Below, piece by piece: positions 12,990 to 26,121 of a stretch of DNA of 64,000 nt (its first letter is position 1; each line of letters begins with the position of its first letter). This DNA is from Cyanophora paradoxa CCMP329. Taxonomy: Eukaryota > Plantae > Glaucophyta. The notes under the pieces were generated by a model. The model was given only the letters and a program-made list of their open reading frames with translations, ran no database searches and was not told the origin of the DNA. The position numbers and the translations under genes are program-made. Where the stretch lies: NCBI GenBank assembly GCA_004431415.1, contig QPMI01000425.1, positions 1 to 64,000 of the forward strand, written 5' to 3'.

Positions 12990-13772
12990 GGGAAATATCG
13001 ATTAGTGCCATAGTACTCAGCATAGGTATCTGCTTTGCAATAAATCAGTTCTCTCAGCATATATACACACTTGTAGATACCAAACTGTGGCTCTAACCAG
13101 GAACTGAAATTTCCAAACAAAATTGACTCATGATAAGCAATTCGAAATTATCATATGGGTGATCACAACTGCAAAATTAGGAGTTCCACCTCCACTTGAC
13201 ATACAGCATATACATCTGGTGGAAATCCACAACAACCTTGTAGTGGTCACCATCTCACAAGAGAGTCTACAACTGCTGTCTGTTCATTACACAATGGGGA
13301 ATATTTTGATTATATAGGGGCATTCATGCTGGGACATAGGTTCGAATTCTGGTGTTAGGATCAATGGGATTGGGTTGATCATTCACAAATAAAGGCGCTC
13401 CAACAGCCCCACCAACCGAAGACCATCACCAATATAAGCTCCCCGATTTGCAGTTAATAGCTCCCGACCTAGATTCAAAAGAATAAGAGACAGAGGATCT
13501 CCATAGCTATCTGGGTCTCCATAATGAGCAGAAAAGTTCGCATTTGTCACAAGGAGTTTCGTTGTCTTAACTATACCATTATTTTTATCACATCTGAGTT
13601 CCTGCAATCTCAGTTTATGGGTGGAACCAAAGGTGTTCATTGTAGGTTGGACCTCTGTTGATTGGAGACCCTCTACATCATCAAAGGTAGCATGCTGTAA
13701 AACATGGTTTGCTGGGGCAGCTAATGATAGTTGAGGTGTAATAATTCGTTCAAGTGGGGGTTGCTCAGCCAT
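12990..13772 (-). CDS. Fibre-like paralogue 1 of element B, frameshifted
   Basis: Shared N-terminal module LQELRCDKNNGIVKT...GAYIGDG. Confidence 0.5.
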
Positions 13773-13809
13773 TTTACATTAAAGGGATATATCTTTTATG
13801 GGGTTGGGT

Positions 13810-14930
13810 CATCAATTACATCTGGCTCTTGGTAAAACCCTGTTTGAGAAAGAGTATCAGGAGTAACACCTCTTAGAGCTGAGACAGCAGCTATATCTGT
13901 TCTGATACCCATAACTGTAATTGTATATTTTCCAATATCTGTAACAAACAGATCATAGGTGAAATTGTTATTATAAACACAGAACCCTGTGCCAAAATGA
14001 TCATATCCTTGACACTGAAATTGTATCTGTGACCTGGCTGGTTATTGTTGGCTCTACATAAAGAAAGCATTGCAGAAGGAATGACCAGCCTCTCATTATC
14101 TTTTGGTTCTTCAATCAATTCAGAGTTTTCAAGTGTGACAGTATACCTTGGTAAAATTGAATAATTGGCTGTTGTGCACTGGTATATATATCGAATTCGT
14201 TGTGGGTTCTCTACATTTTGTTCAAGAAGTATCTGGGACATCATTATACGAAATGAGGATGAAAGCTGACCTGAAACTCTGCAGCCACCACCAATAAAGC
14301 TCCTCCTGATCTCACAGTTACAGCAGCAGTGTTTTTATCATAATCAAGGGCTTTCAGATCAACACTGTAAGCATCAGGACCTCCATTAGTAGGCCGGAAA
14401 AAGTTAGCATTGTGAAAGAAGTCGAGTTGTTTTCACCAACCTGAGTTTCTTATCAGCTCTCAGCTCTTTAACTCGAATAATCGATTTTTAATCAAAGGAG
14501 TTCCATTGGAATTGGGTCTCTCTGTGGATTCCAACCACGAACCTCATCATTTACTTCATGCTGGCGAAAATGCATTGCAGGGGATCCAAGGGAATATATA
14601 GGCAGTTGAACTCGATTATATTCACCCATTGCTTCTTTTTACTAAGAAGGAAGAAAATAATGTACAATACATTCTGTGACATTGTATACTCAATTGCTTC
14701 TTCACAGTTCCCCTTTGGAAGCCTGTAATAACAATCGCTTCCTTTGAGTTGGTATTTGAACTCCACCTGAGATGCAAGAATGGATTTCTTTCGAACAATC
14801 TCATCAATTGCAATTCTTGCTCTGTTATGGCAGCATTATCGATCCAATCCTGAACAGAAGCAGCACAAAATTCCATTCCCAATTCTCAATATCAGATAGA
14901 ACCACTTGGTAAATATCGACATTTCCTAAA
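13810..14930 (-). CDS. One or two hypothetical genes of element B, frameshifted
   Basis: Protein-like ORF fragments 13891-14244 and 14622-14882 on the same strand as neighbours; no motif recognised. Confidence 0.3.
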
Positions 14931-14943
14931 CTACCAAAGAAAA

Positions 14944-15950
14944 TTAAACGATGCTTATTAATTCACCTGAGAAGGCTGTTTTACTTGCATATGAACCGAC
15001 TGAATTTGTAACAAGTGTAACAAATTCGTTTTGGGCAAGATTGAGAATGCAAGAGAAACACAGCGCTTTATTTGTTGTTGACAGATTGTGAACTTGGGAA
15101 ATGCTCAATCCCCCTGGATCTGCATTGTTTACCCTGAGAAAATTCAATAGCAGAAGTTGTGGTTGAAGAAGTGAATACTGAAAAACGATAGTGTCCTGCA
15201 ACAGGTGCTGTGAACCTTCCAGTTGATTGTGAATGAATGGTATTGTTTACTCGAACTGTTGCCCAGTTTATTAGATCAGCAGAAGTTGTAGCAGTGTGAT
15301 TGTAGCCAGTTGAACTGAAAATCGTGGATGTGATGTTTTTGAGATAACACCCTGTATTACTGTCAAACTATTCGCTTCCAGAGTAGCGACAGTGTTACTA
15401 TTTCGTTTGAGAAGAAGGTCTACATTGGCTCCTGTATCGATTTCTGGTGTGACAACCTTGTTTGTTGCTGTGATTATGGATTGTGAGGCAATTGGTAGTG
15501 AAATACCAGCATTTGCTGTTACCAATCCTGTAAAGGTGCTGTTCCTGTAATACTTACCTGATTGCTGTGAAGTTCCATCAACTCTCGCCCCATCTCCAAT
15601 GTAAGCTCTCCACTTCTCACAACAAGAGCAGAGTTATTGATTGTGTTGTTAAATGTTACTATTTTGGGTGTGGTGAAACCCTCCTACATCATCATATATT
15701 GATAATCGGAAACAATTTGACCTGATTGAACTTGGTTCTTGTTTGAAACTATTAAACCTGTGGTTCTCACCTTGCCCCATTGCGATCACATCGAATTTCT
15801 TTGCATCTGATCACAGAGTTTTGAGAAAATGAATCGGCTCCTGTTGTTTCAGTGCAAATAAACCCAGGGGTTGCATCTGTTACTGTGTGATTGAGTTGAT
15901 GTAATTTGGGGCAGCATAACAGAAAACAGGAACAGCTATTTGTGTAGACA
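14944..15950 (-). CDS. Fibre-like paralogue 2 with C1q/TNF-like head, frameshifted
   Basis: PGFICTETT...KEIRCDRNG...YIGDG module, then TGRFTAPVAGHYRF and a terminal TAFSGELI, typical of C1q domains. Confidence 0.55.
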
Positions 15951-15954
15951 TTCT

Positions 15955-17030
15955 TTATATTATGTAGACAATATTATGAATGGACAAGCATACATCCAAA
16001 GAACCATCTGATATTATAATATATAGAACCTCACCACTGCTATTATATGATATTCTGATGGAATCATTGCTTGAAGGTCTACAATAATTTCGAACCATTG
16101 TTTGCATATGCAGATGCATAATTAGTATGCACTTCAATTCCAGATGAGCTTCCGTTTTTCTGTAAAAATGTAACAATATTAGTTGTTCTTCCAGTCCAAT
16201 AACAGGATCCACTAAATGTGACAAGATAGTTTCCTGTAACAGGGGCAGTAAAAAGCCCTGTCGCAGGATCGAAATGATTTCCTTGGTTCACTATGACTCC
16301 TGTTGTTGGATATATATTTATTGAGGAAAGTGTTGCAGTTATTGACCATTTGGTTGCTGTTTTGTTGCAAAGAAACGAGATGGCTACTTAATTTGAGATA
16401 TTTGCTTGTCGGAAGTGTGAGATGTTGAACAGTTGTGGTATCTGTCTGAATAGTTTTTTGAAGAGAAAGAATGGTATCCCATTCCTCTTGTAATTCATGA
16501 CTGTGTCACTCATGTTGTCAATCTCAGGTGTATTTATCTTGTTGTAAGTGTGAGAGTTCCATACTGAATACTCCTGAAAGCCCACCATTAAAGGTCATCA
16601 ATCCTGCAAATGAACTTGTCCCACTCACAGTCAATTGATTTGCTGTCAGAGTTCCTGCTACATTTGCTCCATCACCAATGTAGGCTCCTCATCTTGACTA
16701 CAAGAGCGGAATTATTGCTTGTGTTCCCAAAAGTCACTATCTGTGCTGTGGTGACTCACCACATTATCATATATTGCTGAATCGGGGACTACTGACCTGC
16801 TTGAACCTGATTTTATTCGAGATTATAATGCCTGTGTTCTAATCTTGCCTCCATTTCGATCACATCGAATTTCTTTGACCCTCAGTATACTGTTCTCTGT
16901 GAAAGAGGTATTACTTGTAGTTTCAGTGCAAATAAAACCGGGTGTAGAGTCGACTACTTCATGAGAGGTGCTGTGGAGTGATTTGGCTGCAAGTTCAGAG
17001 TTTGGGATTCTAATAGAGAGGTCATCTTTG
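15955..17030 (-). CDS. Fibre-like paralogue 3 with C1q/TNF-like head, frameshifted
   Basis: PGFICTETT...KEIRCDRNGGKIRT...AYIGDG module; NQGNHFDPATGLFTAPVTGNYLVTFSG is a C1q signature. Confidence 0.6.
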
Positions 17031-20000
17031 TAATAGTGTGAGAATCTTAATTATGCTGTTGCTATCCAATGGATATACACTGTGAAGCTTGTAGGGTAAA
17101 GTGTATTCCAACCACAACCCAGACTTGTACATTGACTGTTGTTGATGTTTTGAGTTGTTGGTAATTGCAATTTTATATCCGAGATCAGTGCAATCTGCAA
17201 GCAATCCTTGCATATTTGTAACAACAGAGGGTGTAGATGAAAATGCTGGACTCCAATTGAGGGTGAAGTAAATTTGGTCTTGCAGTTGCTGAATTGTTCA
17301 TCTGTTGAGGATTGTTATGGTAATGGATTGTATACCCTTTCTAATCAGTTATCAAGCATGTATTGGGGTGCCAACTTAGTCACCTTGGAGTTATCTCGAG
17401 GATCCATTACCCACATTCTCTGCATATGCATTTCCACGAACAAGTAGGGTTTTATCTGATAGTAAGATATAGAGTTAGTAGAAAGGGTTGAATTGTGGAA
17501 ATTCCAAATAACAGGAGGATCAGGCATAATATATGGGTCATAATCGAGAAAGTAACCTGATCCAATGAGAAGGTTTGCATTTGCAGTGATATTATTTGCT
17601 GTAAAGGGATCAAGGGTGGGTTTATTGTCAGATCATTGTAGTTGCCCGAGAAAATCGCTGGTTGTTATAAATATCTGTATTCCAATCATGAGTATGTGCA
17701 AAATCTGTAATCTCTGCCTTAGTGTGGTGTGACCTACATATGCAACATTTCCAAGATCTGTAATCTCTGCTTGGTATGGGTGTGACAACATATGCAACAT
17801 TTCCAAGATCTAAAATCTCTGATTTAACATGAGTGTGAGCGAAATTCGTATATCTGCTCTTGTGTGATAGTGTGCAAAATCTGTAATTTGGGACTTGTGT
17901 GGGTGTGTGCGAAATCTGTGATTTCTGCTTTGTGTGGGTGTGTGATCTATTATTAAGATCAAGGAAGCTTCCCGAAAATGCAACAGGATGCAGATTTGCA
18001 GAAGTAGGTTTATTAATGAGATCATTATAATCTCCTGTAAATGAAATGGTTTTCAGTTCACCCTTCCTACATAATCAGAAGGTAGATCAATCTTGATGGG
18101 CATGATAGCTGGATCATCTGGAATCTCATACTCACCTCCTGGTGAACCACAGGAAGGTTGATTGCTTTCAGTGTGGACAAAGAAATTGCATGCTGTTACT
18201 GTTCCATCAATAATCCCACCTGTAGAGGAGGTAATTGCCTGTGACACCAATACTATACTGCAATGATTGTATTAAGTTCTGTTTCATCAATGTAATTTTG
18301 GCTTGAAGGTAATCCTCTGTGACCACTCTGGATATGGTCTCATTGTGAATATTCTTTGCAGCCATCCTCTGATTGGCTTCCAGAACCCACCATAATTTGT
18401 TTAATCCATGCAAGCTCTGCCTTCCATAGTTATCATTTGCAGTTCCACTATGGAATATAGGAATACTTATCTCGACTGAAAACTATCATTGGTCTTGAGC
18501 CATCTAAGCTGCTTACATCTGCTACATGAACCTGTATAGCAGAGTTGTAATTTTGTAGGTTGCTGGGTCTGTTGGGACTCTGAATGTATCTGTGGGAATG
18601 TCAGCCTCCATGTAGCTTGACACAAAGATATTTGGTATGGTTGCTCCTGGTGGTGGTGGGTTTCAAAAGAGCCTGGTAATGTCCTAATATGAAGTGGTCC
18701 TCTCATAGCTGAATTTGCAAGTGTCCCATTCACATGTACATAGTGTTCATTCAAAAAGATTCTTTCTGGACATTACAAGTCTGATAAAGAGAAACCCCAA
18801 GTTATCAAGAGGCTCTACCTTTGCGAATTCTGGTTGGTCATTGATCTCATCCCAAGTATGTTCATGTTTGCTGGTGGGAACTCAGTTGGAATCCCATCAA
18901 TTCACCCAATCATGCCTGTGATCCTCTGGTGGATACTTTTGAGTTTGCTAAGATCTCATCCCAATCATGATTGTGATCCTCTGGGGGATACTTTGCAGGT
19001 TTATTATTAATTTGTTCATAATCAGGAAAGAACTCCCAGATCTCAGGTCGAAATCCATCTGGTAACAATTCCTCATGGGGTTCATAAGGTTGCTCATAGT
19101 CAACAGCTGGTGGATCATGCCCATCTGGCAAATACTCCTCATCAGGTTCATAGTTCTGCTCATACTCAAACTCTTGTGATCTAAGCCATCTGGTAATATT
19201 TCCTCCTCATTGGGTCAAATTGATCATACTCATACTCTTGTGGGTCGAAACCATCTGTAAATACTCTTCCTCATCTGGAACGAATTGATATTCTTCAAGC
19301 TCTAATATATCGACTTCAGGAGGTAAATACTGCTCATCTATTTGCTTTCTGGGTTCAATTATAGGTTTATTGCGAACTTGCTCCCAACTTACAATATGCT
19401 GCCCAAAGGCTACATCTTCAGTTGCTGTGTATTCTCTTCCAGGCTGCTTCTTTGGTGTTAAATCGGGTGGTCCATGGGAAATGGAATAGGGAATGGGACT
19501 GTTGGTCCATTGGGACCATAATGCTCGATATTTCCCTTAGAGTTTTCTCACTCACAAGTTTCTCCCCATTTGCATACACATTGCTGCCATGGATATTTCG
19601 CCATTGCCTGGTTCGAATTCCAAGGTCTTTCACATTGCTATACAAAGGCAAGAGGTGCCTATCCATTTCGACTAAATCAGGGTGTAAATGGATTGCTACT
19701 GGTTGACTGGGGCTACTGTTGATTGTAATTGATGGCTTTTTTGATGGACATCTTTTGGAGTAAAAACCCAAAAGGCTCATTCCTCGCAAAGTCATATGTA
19801 ATATCCTTGGGGTATACATCATTTGTGTAGGAGACCTGATTTGTGTTGGCAATGGGACCCACTTGCAATACTTGGGGACCTCAGCTTTTGCAGTGCTGCC
19901 CTCATTGTAAATTCGCAAAGCTGTGTTCTGTTTGCCCTGCTCATCTTGAACATTGAAAACCAAACGACCACTATCAAACCTGGAAGGTATATCTGGATGG

Positions 20001-20288
20001 GTGCCACTGGTTTTCAGTTTCCTAGGTCTCCTTCTGGTGGCTTTGATCTCTGCCACTTGGTTTGCTTTCACATTACCAAACTAAAAGCAACACTGACCTC
20101 CTCTTTATCTGGATCGGTTTGATTCACAGATAAAGCATGCTCCTTGATTGAGTCTTTGATGAATTATCAGAGCTGTGGTCAATTGAAACTGAACCCTTTA
20201 CTTTAATATTATCAAAGTTCACATGCTTGGTGCTGCTTGCATTATCATCTTGAATGGTTTCTAGATTTGGTGGGTAATTGAAGCTCAT
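17022..20288 (-). CDS. Long fibre-like protein(s) of element B with His-containing and acidic repeats, frameshifted
   Basis: N-terminus homologous to 1840-2241. Contains LLPLYSNVKDLGIRTRQWRNI, acidic YEPHEELLPDG repeats (~19050-19330), PEDH.HDW repeats and H.H.K.(Q/E)ITD(F/L) fibre repeats (~17680-17945). Confidence 0.55.
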
Positions 20289-20331
20289 GGCTTTTACTAT
20301 ATGGATTTATAAAATTCCTGATAAGTAAAAG

Positions 20332-21881
20332 ATGCCTCTCAAGGTCGTTTTAAGTCTTTCTGGCGGGGGTGCAAGGGGCATTATCATAACCAGGCTGCTC
20401 AAAGAAATCGAAAATCGAACTGGCAGGAGAATAATCGATCTTGTGGATCTTGTGAGTGGAACTTCCACTGTGGGATCATTGCAATAGGTTTGAATATAAG
20501 GCATCCTGATAGACCAGGTGAACCTAAACTGACAGCAAACGATTTACACAATATTTACCTAACTCAACTGCCCTTGATTTTCGCAAATCCTCGAAATATA
20601 ATCGAAAATGCCCTTTTTAATACAAAGTATGATGTGGGACCCTTGGAGACTGCAATCAATTCAGTTACTGGTGAATCACTCATACAGGATTCCCTTAAGG
20701 ACATTGTGATTACATCCTTTGATACTCAGAATATGAAACCAATATTTATCACAAATGACAACAATTACAACTTTATGCCTTGTAAGATTGCTGCCAGGGC
20801 TACTTCTGCTGCTCCTACATATTTCTCTCCTGTAAGCATTGTTGATTTCAATCGGGGAGTATATGTCTGTCTCATTGATGGTGCCATTTCGGGAAACAAT
20901 AATCCCAGTGTGTGTGGTTACAGCCATGCAAAGAAGATTTACAGTGATGATGATGATATTATAGTAATAAGTATCTCTTGTGGAGAGGTAGACCCACATT
21001 TAGAGTCTGATTATGTGGGTTATGCTTATGAGACTGTAAACAGCTGGGCATTCTCTCATGGATTGCCTCAACAGATGGAAGCCCATTGATTAACATGCTC
21101 ATGGCTGCAAGTGAGCTTTCTGCCCTTGATAAGATGGAGGAGTTGTTACCCTACAACTATGATCAGGATTATGGAGATACTATAGGCTATCGGTCCCTCT
21201 TCCAAACCATATAGTTAGCTCCCTTGATGACACTTCTAAAATCCCAGATATGCTTTCTTTCACAGAAACCTACATTGCAGCAAACAATGATATGATCAAT
21301 AAGCTTTGCAGCCTACTAGTAGCAAACTATGAACTAAAGAACCCTTCAAAGGCTTACATTTCATCCACTCTCACTACATCACCACCTTTGGATGCTAATT
21401 GGTATCAGCTTGCAGATGATGCCTTCACTGCCTCATCCTCTGTGACTGGTAAAGAGCCTTTCATGGCTAGACCTTCAGCATTTGGCTGGGAAGCTGGAGC
21501 CTATGCTCCTGAGCAGATATGGGAAACCCCACTGAATACCTTCAAGTTGCTTTCCATATACTTTGAACTCTCTTCTGTGATTGCCTATGGATCAGGGGAC
21601 ACCAATGCTTTTATTAAGATTTTCAATGTGGCAACATCCACTGATGGGATCAACTGGTCTTTTATTCGATCAGATGGGCAGAACAAAATATATGTCTGTG
21701 AGAACATTAACAATGCTCACAACTCAGGTGATATGGCTCTATTGAGTGGGTTCCCTCTCAGCATCAAGGATGCTTTTACATAGGTTTTTCTCTCAGAATT
21801 AAATATATTCGCATTTATCCCCTTGTGTATGTGAATGCTCCCACAATGAGAGTTGATTTCACAGGTGCCTTTATTCGATAA
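20332..21881 (+). CDS. Patatin-like phospholipase with C-terminal discoidin-like domain (element B), frameshifted
   Basis: VVLSLSGGGARGII, SGTST, AARATSAAPTYF and LIDG; C-terminal AFTASS...FIKIFNVATSTDGINW is discoidin-like. Confidence 0.85.
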
Positions 21882-22801
21882 ACTCCAACTGAAAGAATTA
21901 TCGATTCCATTCATATCAATCAGTTCACCAAAGTAATCTTTAAATTCAACTGTGAGTTCCCTTATCACCAGGTTTCTGTCATTGATTTGAATAAATTCTG
22001 CATGCTCACCACTATGGTAAACATAGCCCCCTATATCCTTACTCAATTGCAATCTAAGGATAGCTCCCTGATTTTGTGGTTGCGATTTTGGAATTATATT
22101 GTGTCTGCTGGCAAAGGGGGACAGCTCTTTAATATGCATGTACAGATACTGCTCAGCATTCATATCAGACATCTTCCTGCTGTCAAAATAATATTGCAAG
22201 GGCTTAGAGGAGAGTCTGGGTCCTGAGAAGGTGATTCCCCATGCTGGTGATCAGGTGTAATAGGTTTGCCATCATACTTTAAAAGGTTCTCAGGTCGATA
22301 GGGAGATCCACCAACAGGAGGAGTGCTATAATACCCATTGGTGTATTCAGTAGAACTCACACCCAAAAGCTTCCCTATTCTCTGGTTGCTTGCAATAAAA
22401 CGAAACTCATGGTTACTGTAAAACTCCACTTTATAGGTAGTTGGGTTATAGAATATCTTGAACTCAAAAGCTACTGTTTTGCCTGCAATGGTTTGGAAGC
22501 TTGAATAGTTCAGCCCATAATTATAAGGGTGTGTTACCCCAAAATGACCCTGATTGATGTAGCCACTGGGAAGGGGATACACTTGTTGTGTGATCACTTG
22601 GTTATATGAACCATCTTGGTAATTAAACTGAACTGTTAGATGATCAGTTCCCACACTGTTATAGATGCTGTTTGGAATCTCTGCATATAGAACCCTGCAT
22701 TCCCTTGGTCTCTCTACTGGAGTTGTGAGGGTGACCCTGTAAGAGTTTTCATTTTGTCCTTGGCTTCTATCCCTGCTATCAATATTAACGAGCCGGTTCA
22801 T
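21870..22801 (-). CDS. Minor capsid protein 1, element B, frameshifted
   Basis: VNIDSRDR...YRVTL...CRVLYAEIPNS and YLYMHIKEL...IRELTVEFKDYFGELIDMNGIDNSF. Confidence 0.8.
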
Positions 22802-22830
22802 TTTAATATATAAATATAGATAAAAGAAGA

Positions 22831-23840
22831 ATGCCTGTGGATTACATCGAGGTTAGCTCATTTAATACAATCTCTGGTGATGGTCCCACATCAAGCTTTG
22901 TGGCTCGACTCCCCAGTAGTTATGAGAATGTGAGGGCTGTGAGACTGGTCTCAGCCGAATTTTATAACAGCATCCCTATGGTGAGTGGTGAAACCAAAGC
23001 AGGAGATGTCACAGTTGATAACACATTTAGTATTTATTATTCGGAACAAACTCCAGGAGCTGGAAGCTCAGGAATTCCAACAACTCGCCCAGCTGCTGAT
23101 TTTGAACAATGGAAACAATTCATGGTAAATCGCGAGACCCCATCCAAAGCCACCAACAGCTGGTGAATGTAATCAACTCAAAATTCATTGGCAGAACTCC
23201 CCAACCATCCATTCGCTGCAAATGGGATGAGTCACTGAAACGAATTATATTCCACTCGGCAGTGCCTTTTTACCTGGCTTTCTCACTTGCTGTAAACCCA
23301 AGCCAACAAACAATCCAAAAGCTATTGAGTTCAGCTAGACTGCTTGGTCTTGATCCTGGAAGATATGGGAATTCCCCAATCAAATCCCAAGTTTATGATG
23401 CTCTCACTGATGGAATCTTTACTGATGGTCGAGTGAATGGCATTATATCTTCTTTTGAGCCTGAGAAGACCAGGGACAGTGTTTTGTTTGTGAGAGTAAA
23501 GGAGCTGGGTGATCTGGTTCAATGTGGGGATGGTCTTCTGACTGGTTACTTTCATAAAATAGTGGTTCCTGACAAAGATTATGGTGAGCATGTTGTTTAC
23601 AATTCAACAGAGGCTCATCCACTTTATAAATACTATAACAAAAAGGTTGGATTATCCACTTTCTCGGTTGATATTGTTAATGCTGTAAATGAACCAATTG
23701 ATTTTGAGGGTCAACCTGTTCATCTGACCTTTGAAATTCGCTATGGTGATGAGCCAGCAGGAGACCCAGTTTATGAATACTTTAAGATGAGAATGTCGCA
23801 GCTTCACCCTTCCTATCCAGTTATTACAAGCTTCGCATAA
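22831..23840 (+). CDS. Minor capsid protein 2, element B, one frameshift
   Basis: SFVARLPSSYENVRAVRLVSAEF and LFVRVKEL...LSTFSVDIVNAVNEPIDFEGQPVHLTFEI. Confidence 0.8.
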
Positions 23841-23893
23841 ATTAAGGATCATTGGTAGATTTTTTATGTTGCAGTATAATAAAAGAGAATATA

Positions 23894-25260
23894 ATGGATA
23901 TCACTTCCACTCTTCAAAGACTTTCGCTGAAAGAAGCCCTAACAACCCAGAGGAGGCGAAAGCCTTTTTCCTGGATAACTCCCTTATGCTTGGTCTCGAA
24001 TCCAAGTCTAAGCCAGTTCTAGTTGTTGTGAATCCCAGCAATACTTTTGAGAATAATGTTGGAAATCGCATTTCCTTCAAGCTACCTCGCTACAATTTCT
24101 GTGGAAAACTCGAACTTGCTTTCGACCTTCCAGCCATCACTTTTGCTGGTGATACTGACCTAGTTCGCAATGGATACACTCGCCCAGTTGGTGCTTTAGT
24201 TCAGCGACTTGAAATTACCTATGGATCTTACACCTACCATATTCATCTGATTTCCTTGCTCATTTCCCCCTGGTCTATTATTCGGAGGATCAACTAGCTA
24301 AAAAGAAGCGATCAATGGGCATGGTTCATGGCATTCCTGCTCATGGAACCAACCGCCTTGGTGGCTCATTTTTCGTTGAAATTCCTGTGCTTGGCTAAAT
24401 CACTACCTTCCCTTGGTGCTTTATCTGGTGAAATGGTTGTTACTGTTTGGTTTAAGGATGCTGGAAAGGGTTATGTTGAAACTTCCTATGGTGGTCGTGG
24501 TCTTACTGTTGCAGCAGCTGATGTAGATTATTCAAAAGATGATGGTCTTGGAACTGCCCCTGCTGAAACTGTTCTGGCAAATGTTGGTCAAAACATCACA
24601 GACTTTACTCTTGGTGCAACAACCCCTGTCATTTCTATTACTTCTCCTCGCCTTTACATGCATGCTATTAATGTTTCTGATGAGCTTTTCGCTACTGTAA
24701 TTGAAAAAGTAAAGACTACTGGCATGGCTATTCCCTCCCTTGATATTGGATTTGTAGATGCTAGTGCTTTCCCTGCCAAGGGCAATGCCCAACCCAATCG
24801 AATTAACCTCTCTCAAATCTCAGGTCTTGTTTATGCTCTGCTTGTTTCAGTTCGTGATAATGCAACTGTTGATAAATCCACTGGCTCCCACAGTGTTCTT
24901 AAGACCTATGCCAACTCCAAAGATATTACTTTCACTGTTGAAATTAATGGACAGCGACTTTATGCCACTGAGCCAATTTCCCTACTCAAAGGTGCTGAGC
25001 TAATTGCTGATGCCTTCAAATGCTCTAACATGGATAAGGTTGCTGATCGCTATGTCCTTTCAGGTTTAAGTTTCTGCATTGATGGAGAGAAGGCAATTCG
25101 AAATATCGCTCAAAGTGGATTTGTTGACCTGACAAATTCCTCATCTTCATTCCTCACCCTGTACATGCCTTCAGATAAGGTAATCGATGTTAATGTTCGC
25201 GCTCTCATGCATTCCTATATAATTTTGGACAAAGATGGGCTTCGTCGTATAAATCTTTGA
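23894..25260 (+). CDS. Major capsid protein (double jelly-roll, inferred), element B, frameshifted
   Basis: GNRISFKLPRYNFCGKLELAFDLP, VGALVQRLEI, LPSLGALSGEMVVTVWF and RINLSQISG align with the element A MCP. Confidence 0.75.
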
Positions 25261-25333
25261 TAACCTTACGATAAACAGTAAGGCATTTAAAGAAAAAATG
25301 ATTATTTATTTTTGAAAACATTTAAAAAGCAAA

Positions 25334-26065
25334 ATGCCCCTCACAATTAATGAGTTTGTAGATCGTGCAAATGCCAAGCATAATGGTAAATTCGATTATT
25401 CGAAGGTTCAATTTACAAAATGCAAGGATAAAGTTCTCATTTCTTGTCTGACTTGCAGTACAATATTTGAACAGCGTGTGGATCACCATCTAAGAGGGTC
25501 AAGCTGTAAAAAATGTAGTTTTCAGCGGTTGGGAAATGAACGCAGAAAAGAGCTGGAAACATTTATAGAGCAATCAAGAAAAACACATGGAGACAAATAT
25601 TGTTATAATAAAGTAGAATATGTGAAAGCTCACACACCAGTTTGTATAAGATGCAACTCTTGTAACAAAGAGTTCATGCAACCCCCAATCATTCATATTC
25701 GAAATACTGGTTGCCCATTTTGTAGATCTTCAAAAGGTGAGGAAGAGGTGTGCAAAGTGTTGGACTCCATTGGATTGGGGTATACACAACAACATACGTT
25801 CAAAGATTGTAGAAATAAGTTTCCATTAAGGTTCGATTTCTATATTGATTCTCTTCGAATTGCAATAGAATATGATGGTATTCAACATTTCAAACCAAGA
25901 AAGTGGTTTGGTGCTGATAATGGTGAAGAGCAATTTAAACAGGTTCAAATTAATGATGGAATAAAAAATCGATACTGTGAAGCTAACAACATTAAACTAC
26001 TGAGAATCCCATACACCGAAACTGATATTGAGGGTTGCATTAAACGATTCCTATCTAACCTGTAA
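25334..26065 (+). CDS. Zn-binding repeats plus PD-(D/E)xK (Vsr/DUF559-like) endonuclease
   Basis: Intact 243 aa; two HG/HN.K.DY...CxxC...CxxC repeats; SKGEE, LRFDFYI, IEYDGIQHF and IKLLRIPY. Confidence 0.85.
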   Translation: MPLTINEFVDRANAKHNGKFDYSKVQFTKCKDKVLISCLTCSTIFEQRVDHHLRGSSCKKCSFQRLGNERRKELETFIEQSRKTHGDKYCYNKVEYVKAHTPVCIRCNSCNKEFMQPPIIHIRNTGCPFCRSSKGEEEVCKVLDSIGLGYTQQHTFKDCRNKFPLRFDFYIDSLRIAIEYDGIQHFKPRKWFGADNGEEQFKQVQINDGIKNRYCEANNIKLLRIPYTETDIEGCIKRFLSNL

Positions 26066-26121
26066 ACCATATTCAGTCACCTTGCATTATTTTTATCTGT
26101 TTCTTTATAGAAAGATACACA

